Source: Microgenomates group bacterium GW2011_GWC1_46_15 (GTDB lineage: Bacteria > Patescibacteriota > Microgenomatia > UBA1400 > UBA12028). From it: 64,000 bases of DNA. The notes below the pieces were generated by a model. The model worked only from the letters and a program-made list of their open reading frames with translations, was not told the DNA's origin and made no database searches. Position numbers and translations under genes: made by a program. This document shows, piece after piece, positions 19,898 through 29,162 of the stretch (the stretch's first letter is position 1; each line of letters opens with the position of its first letter). Location of the stretch: positions 76,915-140,914 of the forward strand of contig LCLX01000003.1 of assembly GCA_001002285.1 (NCBI GenBank), read 5' to 3'.

Positions 19898-20080
19898 TTG
19901 GTGGGGTACGCCAGATCTAGAGCAGCACAAGTACCATCTTTTAAGGGATTCAAAACTGATTTAAGGCGTCTAGACTACATCATTAGGCCTGGAGCAACCG
20001 AAAACAGCATTCTTGTTTATGATGAGAACGAACAGACTCCTCTTGCAACAATCGTCTTGCGTGAACTTGCCGATCAATAA
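19898..20080 (+). CDS. Hypothetical small ORF (60 aa, TTG start)
   Basis: ORF only; weak RBS. Confidence 0.2.
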   Translation: MVGYARSRAAQVPSFKGFKTDLRRLDYIIRPGATENSILVYDENEQTPLATIVLRELADQ

Positions 20081-20206
20081 GCATAATTTTCTTTAGTCCA
20101 ACCGATGGAATCCCTTTTCCCGGCTTTTTTCGTAACAAAACAGGAAAAGTGCGATAGAAAGAAATAGATACGTCAAACTAAGCGTGGCGCTGATCGCCAT
20201 GTTCCA

Positions 20207-20878
20207 CTACGGAATCGCTCCCGTTGCCAAAACCGTACGCATGCTTTCAAATACGTATGTTGTTGGAAGCACGCGCGAAATCATTTGTGCCCACACTGGT
20301 AATACCGATACCGGATAGAACACCGCGCTGAATGGCGCAAACAAAAATCCCATCGTCCACGCAATCGTTTGTACGCGCGTTCCACCGATAATAATAAATG
20401 ATGATCCCAAAAATCCCATAAACCATCCGGATGCCATAAGCAAAGCAATGCATGGGAGAAAAAGCCAACCGATGGTGAAAATATTCAACGAATATAAAAA
20501 CCATACTGCCCCAACACCAACACCAAGTGTAATAAGCATTTTGAGCAGACCAATCAGCATAACGGCAGATACCCACTCCAACGGCTTTAATGGAGTTGAA
20601 AACATGTTGACAAGGTTTGCATTCCACATTTCCTCAAGAAGATTGACCGAGATTTCATAGTTTGCGCGCCACACAACCTGCCAAAACACGAGCGCCGTTA
20701 GAATCGCGAGCGCGACATGTGGAAGAGATACGTTTCTCTGTTGCACATACTGTGTGGTAAATCCCCAAAGGATAATGTCCATAATTGGCCAATACACCAT
20801 ATCTGTTAACCGGTCGAGGCTATGGATAAAAAGATACAGGTGACGGATTGTTACCGCCCATATTCTTCCGATGTTCAT
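20207..20878 (-). CDS. ABC-2 type transporter permease
   Basis: Six hydrophobic segments. 4 bp overlap with the upstream ABC ATPase gene. Confidence 0.65.
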   Translation of the reverse strand: MNIGRIWAVTIRHLYLFIHSLDRLTDMVYWPIMDIILWGFTTQYVQQRNVSLPHVALAILTALVFWQVVWRANYEISVNLLEEMWNANLVNMFSTPLKPLEWVSAVMLIGLLKMLITLGVGVGAVWFLYSLNIFTIGWLFLPCIALLMASGWFMGFLGSSFIIIGGTRVQTIAWTMGFLFAPFSAVFYPVSVLPVWAQMISRVLPTTYVFESMRTVLATGAIP

Positions 20879-21831
20879 GTGTTCTCCTTTTTCACAACTC
20901 TTCCCTGCTTTGCAAGGTACAGAAAATATGTTTCGAGGCTTGGTTTATTAATTGAAATTTGCGTGTACTCCACTCCCACTTTTGCCAGTCCGGAAAGTAG
21001 CTCTGCGATGTGTTGCTCATCTAAAGAAATATTCATCACTCTATTTTCTATAGTATGAGCAAGTTTGTGTTTTTTTGCATATTCTATAGTCCGCTTCATT
21101 CCATCGCCCACCATAAGCTGCACTGTCGCTGTTGAAATGCTCCGCGCAAGATTATCCGGCGTGTCATCTGCAACAATCTTTCCATGCTGTAAAAACATCA
21201 CGCGGTCACACACTTCCGTTACTTCGTCCATATTGTGCGATGTAAAAAGCATCGAAACGTTATACTCACGTCTTTGCTCGAGAACAAACGTGCGGACTTC
21301 GTGCGCAATGTCAGGATCCAAAGAGGCTGTGGGTTCGTCCAACAACGCAATGCGGGGATGTGCGAGAAATGCTTTCGCAAGCATCACGCGTGTTTTTTGT
21401 CCAGCAGAAAGATCACTCATTTGTTTATTTCGCTGATCCCACACACCAAAAAACGTAAGGAATTTTTGAATACGATGTTTTCGCTCTGCAGGAGAAAGGT
21501 TATAAAGCATTCCATACACATTCAGGTTTTCTAAAATAGTAAGTCGGTGCGGTAACTGAATGTATGTGCTTGCAAACGCAACGTGCTGTAACGTTTCACT
21601 TCTGTGCGTATAAAAATCTTTTCCAAAATACGTAATTGTTCCGCTTGTCGGCTTTAATGTACTCAGCAACATTTGAATGGTTGTTGTTTTTCCCGCGCCG
21701 TTTGGGCCAAGAAGTCCCAAAATTTCTCCCTCGTGCATTGAGAAGGAAATATGATCTACCGCGACGAACGGTTTCTTTCCCGTATACGTTTTTGTAAGAT
21801 CGTGGACTGAAAGCACAACATCTCGAGACAT
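20875..21831 (-). CDS. ABC transporter ATP-binding protein
   Basis: Walker A GPNGAGKTT. ABC signature LSAGQKTRV. Walker B LLDEPT. Confidence 0.85.
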   Translation of the reverse strand: MSRDVVLSVHDLTKTYTGKKPFVAVDHISFSMHEGEILGLLGPNGAGKTTTIQMLLSTLKPTSGTITYFGKDFYTHRSETLQHVAFASTYIQLPHRLTILENLNVYGMLYNLSPAERKHRIQKFLTFFGVWDQRNKQMSDLSAGQKTRVMLAKAFLAHPRIALLDEPTASLDPDIAHEVRTFVLEQRREYNVSMLFTSHNMDEVTEVCDRVMFLQHGKIVADDTPDNLARSISTATVQLMVGDGMKRTIEYAKKHKLAHTIENRVMNISLDEQHIAELLSGLAKVGVEYTQISINKPSLETYFLYLAKQGRVVKKENT

Positions 21832-21892
21832 GAATATAGTGTACCAGACGTACCAGAGGAAATATAGAGAATGCTCTTTTTTAAAACGTCAG

Positions 21893-23680
21893 CTATCTCT
21901 CCAACACTGCTAAAAATGCTTCCTGCGGAAGGCTGACGCTTCCAAACTCTTTCATCCGTTTCTTGCCTTTTTTCTGCTTTTTCAGCAACTTATCTTTGCG
22001 CGTTTGATCACCGCCGTACAGCTTTGCAATCACGTCTTTGCGAAACGACGGAATCGTTTCGCGCGCAACAATCTTGCCACCAATCGCCGCCTGAATAGCA
22101 ACTTCAAACTGGTGACGCGGAATCACGTCTTTTAATTTTTTAACAAGCGTGCGGCCGATCGCTTCGGCGCGGTCACGGACGACAATCTGCGAAAGTGCTT
22201 CGATAACATCGTGGTGTACGAGCACATCCAGTTTCACCGCATCAACTGGTTTAAATCCTACAACTTCATACTCCAGGCTCGCAAAGCCGGATGATACAGA
22301 CTTCAACTCATCGTGAAACTTAATAATAAGCTCGGCCAATGGAAGTTCGTATGTCACTTTTACCCGTGTGCCAATATCTTCTAGTTTTTGAAGCGTCGCG
22401 CGGTGGCCTTCGCACAACACCATGACTGCGCCCAAATATTCTTTCGGCGTAAAAACTTCGGTTAATGTCATGGGCTCTCCGTATGTGCGGATCTCAGCGG
22501 GATCGGGCAGCTCGGATGCGTTGTGGGTCATCACCTTTTCACCGTTGACCAATGTAATTTCATACGGCACCGAAGGCGATGTAGCAATGAGTTCCAAATC
22601 AAACTCGCGCTCCAACCGCTCACGTGCGATATCGGCGTGTAAAATGCCAAGAAAGCCAGCGCGCAGTCCATTGCCCAGTGCTTTTGAGTGCGTCGCTTGA
22701 TACTGAATTGCTGCGTCATGAAGCGCAAGCTTGCCCATTGCATCCACCAATAGAACATAGTCATCGCCGTCAACAGGATAAAAATCCATGTACACCATCG
22801 GCTGGGGCTCTTTGTAGCCTGGTAACGGAGTCATCGCGCCGTGAGAAACCGCAGTTGTAATCGTGTCCCCTACCCGCACCAACAACACATCTTTCAACCC
22901 CGTGGCAATGTAGCCAACCTCACCCGCGCGCAACTCTGTAACCGGCATCATTGTGGGATGAAACATGCCGATTTCAATTGGGGTAATGTGCGCGCCGGTA
23001 GCAAAAAACTTCACTTGTTCTTTTTTTAACACACCGTCCACCACACGGACGTACGCCACCACACCTTTATGTACACTATATAAAGAAGCAAACACCAAAA
23101 CACGCAGAGGCTTTTCGGGATGTCCGGTGGGTGCGGGAATATCGCGGACGATCCGTTTCAATAGCTCATCAACACCACCCCCTGTTTTTGCGGACACACG
23201 CACAATCTCGTCCTCTTTGATATGAAAACTTTCCATGAGATCAAGCGCAACGCGGTCGGGATCGGCAGCGGGCAAATCAATTTTATTGATGACGGGGATA
23301 ATTTTAAGACCCTGCGCTTTGGCTTTGTCGTAGTTTGACAATGTTTGTGCTTGAATCCCCTGTGTTGCGTCCACAACTAATAACGCTCCTTCACACGCCG
23401 CCAAAGAACGAGATACTTCGTATCCAAAATCAACATGTCCTGGTGTATCAATGAGGTTTAACTCATATGATTGGCCGTCCAATGTATACGGCATCCGTAC
23501 CGGCGCAAGTTTAATCGTGATACCGCGCTCTTTTTCGATGGGATTACTGTCCATCATCCGCACTTCTAAGTCGCGGGCGGAAACAGTGTTTGTCGCGCGC
23601 AACAGCCGGTCGGTCAACGTTGTTTTGCCGTGATCAATGTGCGCGATAATGCTAAAGTTGCGGATGTGAGAAGATTCCAT
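21893..23680 (-). CDS. lepA: Elongation factor 4 (LepA)
   Basis: IRNFSIIAHIDHGKTTLTDRLL G1 motif, DTPGHVDF G3 motif, and the LepA-specific C-terminal domain. Confidence 0.9.
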   Translation of the reverse strand: MESSHIRNFSIIAHIDHGKTTLTDRLLRATNTVSARDLEVRMMDSNPIEKERGITIKLAPVRMPYTLDGQSYELNLIDTPGHVDFGYEVSRSLAACEGALLVVDATQGIQAQTLSNYDKAKAQGLKIIPVINKIDLPAADPDRVALDLMESFHIKEDEIVRVSAKTGGGVDELLKRIVRDIPAPTGHPEKPLRVLVFASLYSVHKGVVAYVRVVDGVLKKEQVKFFATGAHITPIEIGMFHPTMMPVTELRAGEVGYIATGLKDVLLVRVGDTITTAVSHGAMTPLPGYKEPQPMVYMDFYPVDGDDYVLLVDAMGKLALHDAAIQYQATHSKALGNGLRAGFLGILHADIARERLEREFDLELIATSPSVPYEITLVNGEKVMTHNASELPDPAEIRTYGEPMTLTEVFTPKEYLGAVMVLCEGHRATLQKLEDIGTRVKVTYELPLAELIIKFHDELKSVSSGFASLEYEVVGFKPVDAVKLDVLVHHDVIEALSQIVVRDRAEAIGRTLVKKLKDVIPRHQFEVAIQAAIGGKIVARETIPSFRKDVIAKLYGGDQTRKDKLLKKQKKGKKRMKEFGSVSLPQEAFLAVLER

Positions 23681-23731
23681 TGTGAAGCGTATTGTACTGA
23701 AATCCAGGCGAAGGAGCAATGAACAACACGT

Positions 23732-25447
23732 TTACATCGAACTTGTTGTTTCGTCCGATCCTGCGCTCACCGTCTCGATTGCTTCGCCGGAGCGCGCAAG
23801 CGTCTTGCGCCATGGATCCATTTTCCCCCAGATTTTCTTGAGGATATATAACTCTTCTACGTGGAGCACCAATGCAAATATAATATATGCGCCCATGCCA
23901 ATCAGGCTTACAACACCCGTTAACATCAGCAGTCCAAAGGTTCGCGTGGTGTCAAAAATAACGTTATCCAAAAGCTTCATGGGAAAATAGAGGCCGATTG
24001 CCATAAGCAGGGCCGCCGCAAACATTTTTGCCTGCGGACCAACAATCTTCTGCAAAGAAAACTGCACTTTCGCGTGCAACAACAAAAACAACGCCACTGC
24101 TTCAAAAAATCCTGTTGCTGCGATAGATACCGCAAGCCCAACCAATCGCACATTTGCGGTCGTATCGCCCACATATGTGATGTACCACCCCATCAAGACG
24201 CCCAACACCATCGAGAGCAACGACACAAAGAATGGTCGGCGCGTATCGTGCATCGCATAAAATCCGCGAACGAGTACGTGTGTCATTGCCTGCGCCGCAA
24301 CCGAAAGCGCCATCACGCCAACCAATCTTCCAGTTAGTACTGTGTCAGCCCACGGAAAATTTTTTGCCCCGAATGCGAAACGAACAATCGGAATGCGCAA
24401 AATCAATAATAAAACCGATGCAGGTAACGCAAAAAAAGTGACTTGGTGGAGCGATTGTGTGAGAAGCGCGCGGAATTTATCCATGTCCCCCTCGCTTGTT
24501 TCTTTTGCCAAAAACGGCAATGCGGCTTGGCCAATTGGCACGCCGAACACGCGGATCGGGATGGTCATAAGCCGCTGGGCAAAACGCATGAGTGTTAAAT
24601 TAGCACCAGTAATCGAAGTGATAAAAAAGGTTAAAAAATATGGCTGAATGAGGTCAATCCCCTCACCTAACGCGCGGGGCAACGTGAGCCGCATCACATC
24701 GTGCACTCCGGCATGTTTCCATAGGATAGAAAAGTAGTACCGGAATCCCAGTTTCATCGCGAGTGGAATTTGCAGTGCCATGTGCGCGAACGCACCCAGC
24801 AATACGCCATACACCGGGCCAAAAATACCAAAATACCTGCTGAGTACAACCGTGCCAAAAATGATGCCGAGGTTGTACACTACGGGCGATAACGCGGGAA
24901 TAATGAATCGCTGATACGACTGAATCATGCCGGACATAAAGTTTGAGACCGCAAAAAAGAACTGCGCAAACAACATGATGCGCGTCATGCTTGCCGCGAG
25001 CGTTACTTGTGATTCAGAAAATCCCGCACCAGTCATAAACCGGATGATTTGCGGCGCAAAAATAAACACGACGGTTCCCGCGCACACAAATAACAACAGC
25101 ACTATGTTAATGACACTCGAGGCCATATGAAATGCGTCACGTTCGTCTTTATGTTTGTACTTCGTGAACACTGGAATAAACGCCGCGGAAAACGCACCAA
25201 CGACTAACAATTGGAATACTAAATCAGAAGGCTGAAACGCAACCCAATACGCGTCTAATTGTTCCTGTGTTTTTGTTGTTGGATTGTAAAAGGTTGAAGC
25301 AAGCAAACGATAACTCAGAAGACCGGTGAGCGATGATAATAATACCGATGCCGTCAAAATTGCCGCCGCAGAAAGAATCGAAGTCTGCTGTTGCTCGAGC
25401 CATTGTTTTGCGCCGTTTTGGAAATAATTGAACATCCACTTAAACAT
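23732..25447 (-). CDS. murJ: Lipid II flippase MurJ (MviN)
   Basis: About 14 TM. Conserved N-terminal GAFSAAFIPVF block typical of MurJ. Confidence 0.75.
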   Translation of the reverse strand: MFKWMFNYFQNGAKQWLEQQQTSILSAAAILTASVLLSSLTGLLSYRLLASTFYNPTTKTQEQLDAYWVAFQPSDLVFQLLVVGAFSAAFIPVFTKYKHKDERDAFHMASSVINIVLLLFVCAGTVVFIFAPQIIRFMTGAGFSESQVTLAASMTRIMLFAQFFFAVSNFMSGMIQSYQRFIIPALSPVVYNLGIIFGTVVLSRYFGIFGPVYGVLLGAFAHMALQIPLAMKLGFRYYFSILWKHAGVHDVMRLTLPRALGEGIDLIQPYFLTFFITSITGANLTLMRFAQRLMTIPIRVFGVPIGQAALPFLAKETSEGDMDKFRALLTQSLHQVTFFALPASVLLLILRIPIVRFAFGAKNFPWADTVLTGRLVGVMALSVAAQAMTHVLVRGFYAMHDTRRPFFVSLLSMVLGVLMGWYITYVGDTTANVRLVGLAVSIAATGFFEAVALFLLLHAKVQFSLQKIVGPQAKMFAAALLMAIGLYFPMKLLDNVIFDTTRTFGLLMLTGVVSLIGMGAYIIFALVLHVEELYILKKIWGKMDPWRKTLARSGEAIETVSAGSDETTSSM

Positions 25448-25601
25448 GAATGCATTAAATCATCGCTTTTCTGATTTAGCTAGAGGGGTTTTTCTCCATG
25501 TCGCATGATGTTCTCCAGAGTGCTTCGGGTTTTTGTAGTGTTGTTGTTTTTTTCTGCATCCTATACAGTGATAGCAGGCTTAGCGATAGGCAATTTTTGT
25601 T

Positions 25602-27011
25602 ATGAAACTGTCCGAACTCTTAAAGAAGAAAATCCCGACCATTCTCGGCCTTGTTTTCCTTGGCGGAGGTCTGGTGGTTGGGCTACTCGTACTTGGTCAG
25701 GGAACCGGCGGATTCTTGCCAAAAGCCAGTCCAGAAACAACGCCAAAACAACTCCGCATTACGAATATTACCGACAGTGCATTCACCGTTTCCTTTTTAA
25801 CCGACACCGCGGTGCCCGGGTACGTGAAGTATGGCACCGACCAAGGCCAACTTAAGACACAGGTGTCCGACGACCGCGATCAACTCACAGGAGCGGTGGG
25901 CCAGTTTACAACGCACCACATTACTCTGCGCAACCTTTCGCCCGCAACAAAGTATTTTTTTACGATTGGCACTGCAAGCCGGACAGTCTACACCGATGGT
26001 GGAAATCCGTATAGTACGACAACCGCGCCAAGAGCAACCGGCACGCCGGACGCGCTCACGGTGTATGGAAGCGTACTCACGAGAGCCGCAACGCCGGCGC
26101 AAGACAGTATCGTGTATGTGTCTGTTGATGGCGCGTCCCCGCTTTCATCGCTTGTAAAATCATCCGCAGGATGGGCCATTCCCCTTTCCACCGCACGCGC
26201 GACCGATCTCAAATCGTTTGCGCCCATTACCACGCAAAGCACATTGAACATTTTTGTGCAGGGAAAAGATGCCGCACAAACGTCACGCGTTACCGCGCTG
26301 GTGAAAGATGCCCAACCGGTTGCCGCGATCACGCTTGGACAGTCGCAGGATTTAACGCAAGGCGCGGGTACGCAAACAACAACGGGGGCGACGGGTGATA
26401 CGTCGCAATTTTCCGCGAGCCAACTCAACTCTGCTACAGAGTCAACAACTTCTGGTGGAACGAATGGAAGTTCTAACACCATTCAATTTTTAAATCCTTC
26501 GCAAAACGGCGAAGAGGTGAACACAACAAAACCAGAGATTCAAGGAAAGGCGCCCGCTTCAACGACGCTCATAATCAAGGTCGAGTCCGATCCCGTGTAT
26601 ACCGGAACAGTGCAAACCGATGCGCAAGGAAACTGGACGTACACGCCACCGGCGAATCTTACTCCGGGAGAGCATACTGTAACCGTGAGTTATACCGATG
26701 CCGGTGGTGTTTTGCGATCGGAAAAACGCACATTCTTAGTGTTGGCAAGCGGTTCGAGTTCTTTGCCCGCGCTTACGTCAACTCCATCTGCTACGCCACT
26801 GCCGCGTGTGTCTACGCCAGCAACAGGATCCGGTATTCCACGCGCGGGAAGCACTGGACAAACATTCGCACTTTTATTTGCCGGCTTGTTCTTTATCCTT
26901 GGTGGAGCGTTGTATTGGCAAAAATCACTTGCATATATGGCCGCGGACGAACGAACAATGCAATCAGTTTCGCTTGACGACAATAACCAGGAACCCTATG
27001 CTGAAAGATAG
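25602..27011 (+). CDS. Secreted/surface protein with FN3/Ig-like beta domains and a C-terminal IPRAGSTGQ + TM segment
   Basis: N-terminal signal-anchor. Thr/Ser/Gly-rich beta-rich repeats. C-terminus ...GIPRAGSTGQTFALLFAGLFFILGGALYW. Confidence 0.55.
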   Translation: MKLSELLKKKIPTILGLVFLGGGLVVGLLVLGQGTGGFLPKASPETTPKQLRITNITDSAFTVSFLTDTAVPGYVKYGTDQGQLKTQVSDDRDQLTGAVGQFTTHHITLRNLSPATKYFFTIGTASRTVYTDGGNPYSTTTAPRATGTPDALTVYGSVLTRAATPAQDSIVYVSVDGASPLSSLVKSSAGWAIPLSTARATDLKSFAPITTQSTLNIFVQGKDAAQTSRVTALVKDAQPVAAITLGQSQDLTQGAGTQTTTGATGDTSQFSASQLNSATESTTSGGTNGSSNTIQFLNPSQNGEEVNTTKPEIQGKAPASTTLIIKVESDPVYTGTVQTDAQGNWTYTPPANLTPGEHTVTVSYTDAGGVLRSEKRTFLVLASGSSSLPALTSTPSATPLPRVSTPATGSGIPRAGSTGQTFALLFAGLFFILGGALYWQKSLAYMAADERTMQSVSLDDNNQEPYAER

Positions 27012-27017
27012 AAAAAC

Positions 27018-29147
27018 ATGAGCGATACAACAGTCCTGCCACCACTCACTCCGCAAACACCATCAACGCCACAGGTGCCGCAGATGACTCCTGCGTCAAC
27101 GCCACTCATGCCAACACCGCCCGCCGAGGTGTTCGGTGATGATATAAAAAGTGATATACCCTCAATAAAACCATCGTCGGTAACGCCACTTGTTTCCACT
27201 CAACCACCGGTATCAACCCCACCACTCACCAAGCCCGCTGATACACACACTTCACTCGATCAAGCACTCGCCGACCTCGAAAAAGAAGCGATGAAGCTTG
27301 CAGGAGATGAAGGAAAACAAACAAAAGAAGTTCAACCAAAGATTGCTGAATCAAAATCTGTAGAGAAGCCAGTTGAAAAAATTGGTGAAAAACTTGCTGA
27401 GCCTGCGCCGATGAAACAAGAGCTTCCCTCACTATCTAATGATTTAGAAAAGCCTTTTGTTGTTACTCCAAAAACAGACACGCTTCCACCATTGCCCCCC
27501 ACTTCTCCCGTCATTAAACCCATGATTCAGCTTGCTGAAAAACCAGCGGTAAAACCAGTAGCTCCTGTTACGCCAGGCGCCGGAATGGAAACACTCAAAG
27601 CGCACACATCATCCACAACATCCGTGTTTGATACCAAAATGGAAAGTGTAGAAGAGAAACCAACCGTTACTCCCCCTGTTACTTCTCAGCCAGTAGAAAA
27701 AGGAAAGAAGAAGGAAAAAGATACTACTGTGGAAAGTAGTGCGGATAGTGGTTCTGGAAAAAAGAAAAAAGGATTCGTAAAGAAAATTGTTGCTGCCGCG
27801 GCGCTAGCGGTACTCGTGATTGGGTTAGGTGTTGGTATTTTTGTTGCACAACAATCGCAGGATGTGAGACAACAAGCTGCTTCTGGCTGCATTATTGTAA
27901 ATGGCGGAACAAAAGATGCTGGTATTTGGTGTGCTAATGGTGATTGGATAAAACACTGTGGGGATGCTGTTAATGTTCCATCAGATGAAGCTATGAAGGC
28001 TTGTGAAGACAAAGTGAATGAGTTAAATGGTGTTACAGAACCAGTACCCCCCACTAATGACCAATCCTCAACTACAACTAGATGTACCGCCAAGGATGGT
28101 TCTCTCGGAGAAACGTGTGGGGACTTAAGCAAGTGCGATATCGCTGGAGGATGTAACCCTGCTTGTGGAAGTGGCACAAGAGATGGAAAAATTTGCGACA
28201 TACCAAACGGGTACTGTACATCAGGTTATTCTTGTCGTCCTGGGAGCAATTCTGTCAATGTGAAAAAATGTGATGGGAATCAATGTGTTAATTCATGGTG
28301 TGATACGGCAGATGTTGGTACAGATAGATGTAAAACATGTTCAAGTAACTCAGAGTGTACCGTAGATAATAGTAGTCTCCCCACATGTGCAACCGGTCTT
28401 GACTGTAACCTCCCAGGAGACCGATTTCCAACGGGAGCCATAAGTTGCGCGAGTCCCGTTAGTGGAAAGACAATGTCTTGTTGTCCCGCTGGATATAAAA
28501 GAAATAGTCTAGATCCTACAACAAATTACTGTGTCCCCAGTACAAGCGGGAATTCCTGTCCCAACGATTCTTCAAAACAAATTGCAAAATGCTATAAGTT
28601 TGTGTGTCCAAATGGATGCGAACTCAATAAGGATGACCCTAATGGTGTTGAAGCCTGGAGATGTAGCACTTCTACTCCTGGTGTACAAATCCAGGAACTT
28701 TCCGGAGCTGCTTGTCTTTCTGCTTCTCTTAATGGACAGTGCGGTCAAATCGACATGATTGATACCCAAGGAAACTATTGCGGATATACTGCCTCAGGGT
28801 ATAACTGTGGTGGAAGCTGCCAAGGTAACACACCCCCCTTATCCAACCCTCCCGACGAATCCCCTCCTCCAACAAACCCACCGGGTGCTCCCATGTGCCA
28901 GGGAATTGCGAAAGACATAACCGCGCCCAAAGCCGGTGACCAAGTTGCGTTCACGTGTACCCAATCCACCGACGCAACCCGGTACGAGTTCCGATACAGG
29001 GTCGGCAGTGGCGCGTTTACCGCGCTCGATCCGCTCAACGCAACCGCGAGAACATCCAAATCACTTACTGTACAAGACGGCACGTATGATGTGCAATGTC
29101 GCCCATGTACTAACAACACATGTGCAAGTTGGAGCACTGCAAACTAA
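27018..29147 (+). CDS. Type II membrane protein: about 250 aa Pro/Lys/Glu-rich disordered N-terminus, single TM, Cys-rich ectodomain
   Basis: Low-complexity PTPP/KPVEK repeats. KKKKGFVKK basic patch before the TM (AAAALAVLVIGLGVGIFV). About 60 Cys in the C-terminal 430 aa. Confidence 0.55.
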   Translation: MSDTTVLPPLTPQTPSTPQVPQMTPASTPLMPTPPAEVFGDDIKSDIPSIKPSSVTPLVSTQPPVSTPPLTKPADTHTSLDQALADLEKEAMKLAGDEGKQTKEVQPKIAESKSVEKPVEKIGEKLAEPAPMKQELPSLSNDLEKPFVVTPKTDTLPPLPPTSPVIKPMIQLAEKPAVKPVAPVTPGAGMETLKAHTSSTTSVFDTKMESVEEKPTVTPPVTSQPVEKGKKKEKDTTVESSADSGSGKKKKGFVKKIVAAAALAVLVIGLGVGIFVAQQSQDVRQQAASGCIIVNGGTKDAGIWCANGDWIKHCGDAVNVPSDEAMKACEDKVNELNGVTEPVPPTNDQSSTTTRCTAKDGSLGETCGDLSKCDIAGGCNPACGSGTRDGKICDIPNGYCTSGYSCRPGSNSVNVKKCDGNQCVNSWCDTADVGTDRCKTCSSNSECTVDNSSLPTCATGLDCNLPGDRFPTGAISCASPVSGKTMSCCPAGYKRNSLDPTTNYCVPSTSGNSCPNDSSKQIAKCYKFVCPNGCELNKDDPNGVEAWRCSTSTPGVQIQELSGAACLSASLNGQCGQIDMIDTQGNYCGYTASGYNCGGSCQGNTPPLSNPPDESPPPTNPPGAPMCQGIAKDITAPKAGDQVAFTCTQSTDATRYEFRYRVGSGAFTALDPLNATARTSKSLTVQDGTYDVQCRPCTNNTCASWSTAN

Positions 29148-29162
29148 CAAAAAGATAACACT

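Noticed and set aside
19574-20080. The two small ORFs upstream of recF as a toxin-antitoxin pair.
   Set aside because: No similarity to known TA folds. They are separated by 70 bp rather than overlapping, and the second has a TTG start with a weak RBS.
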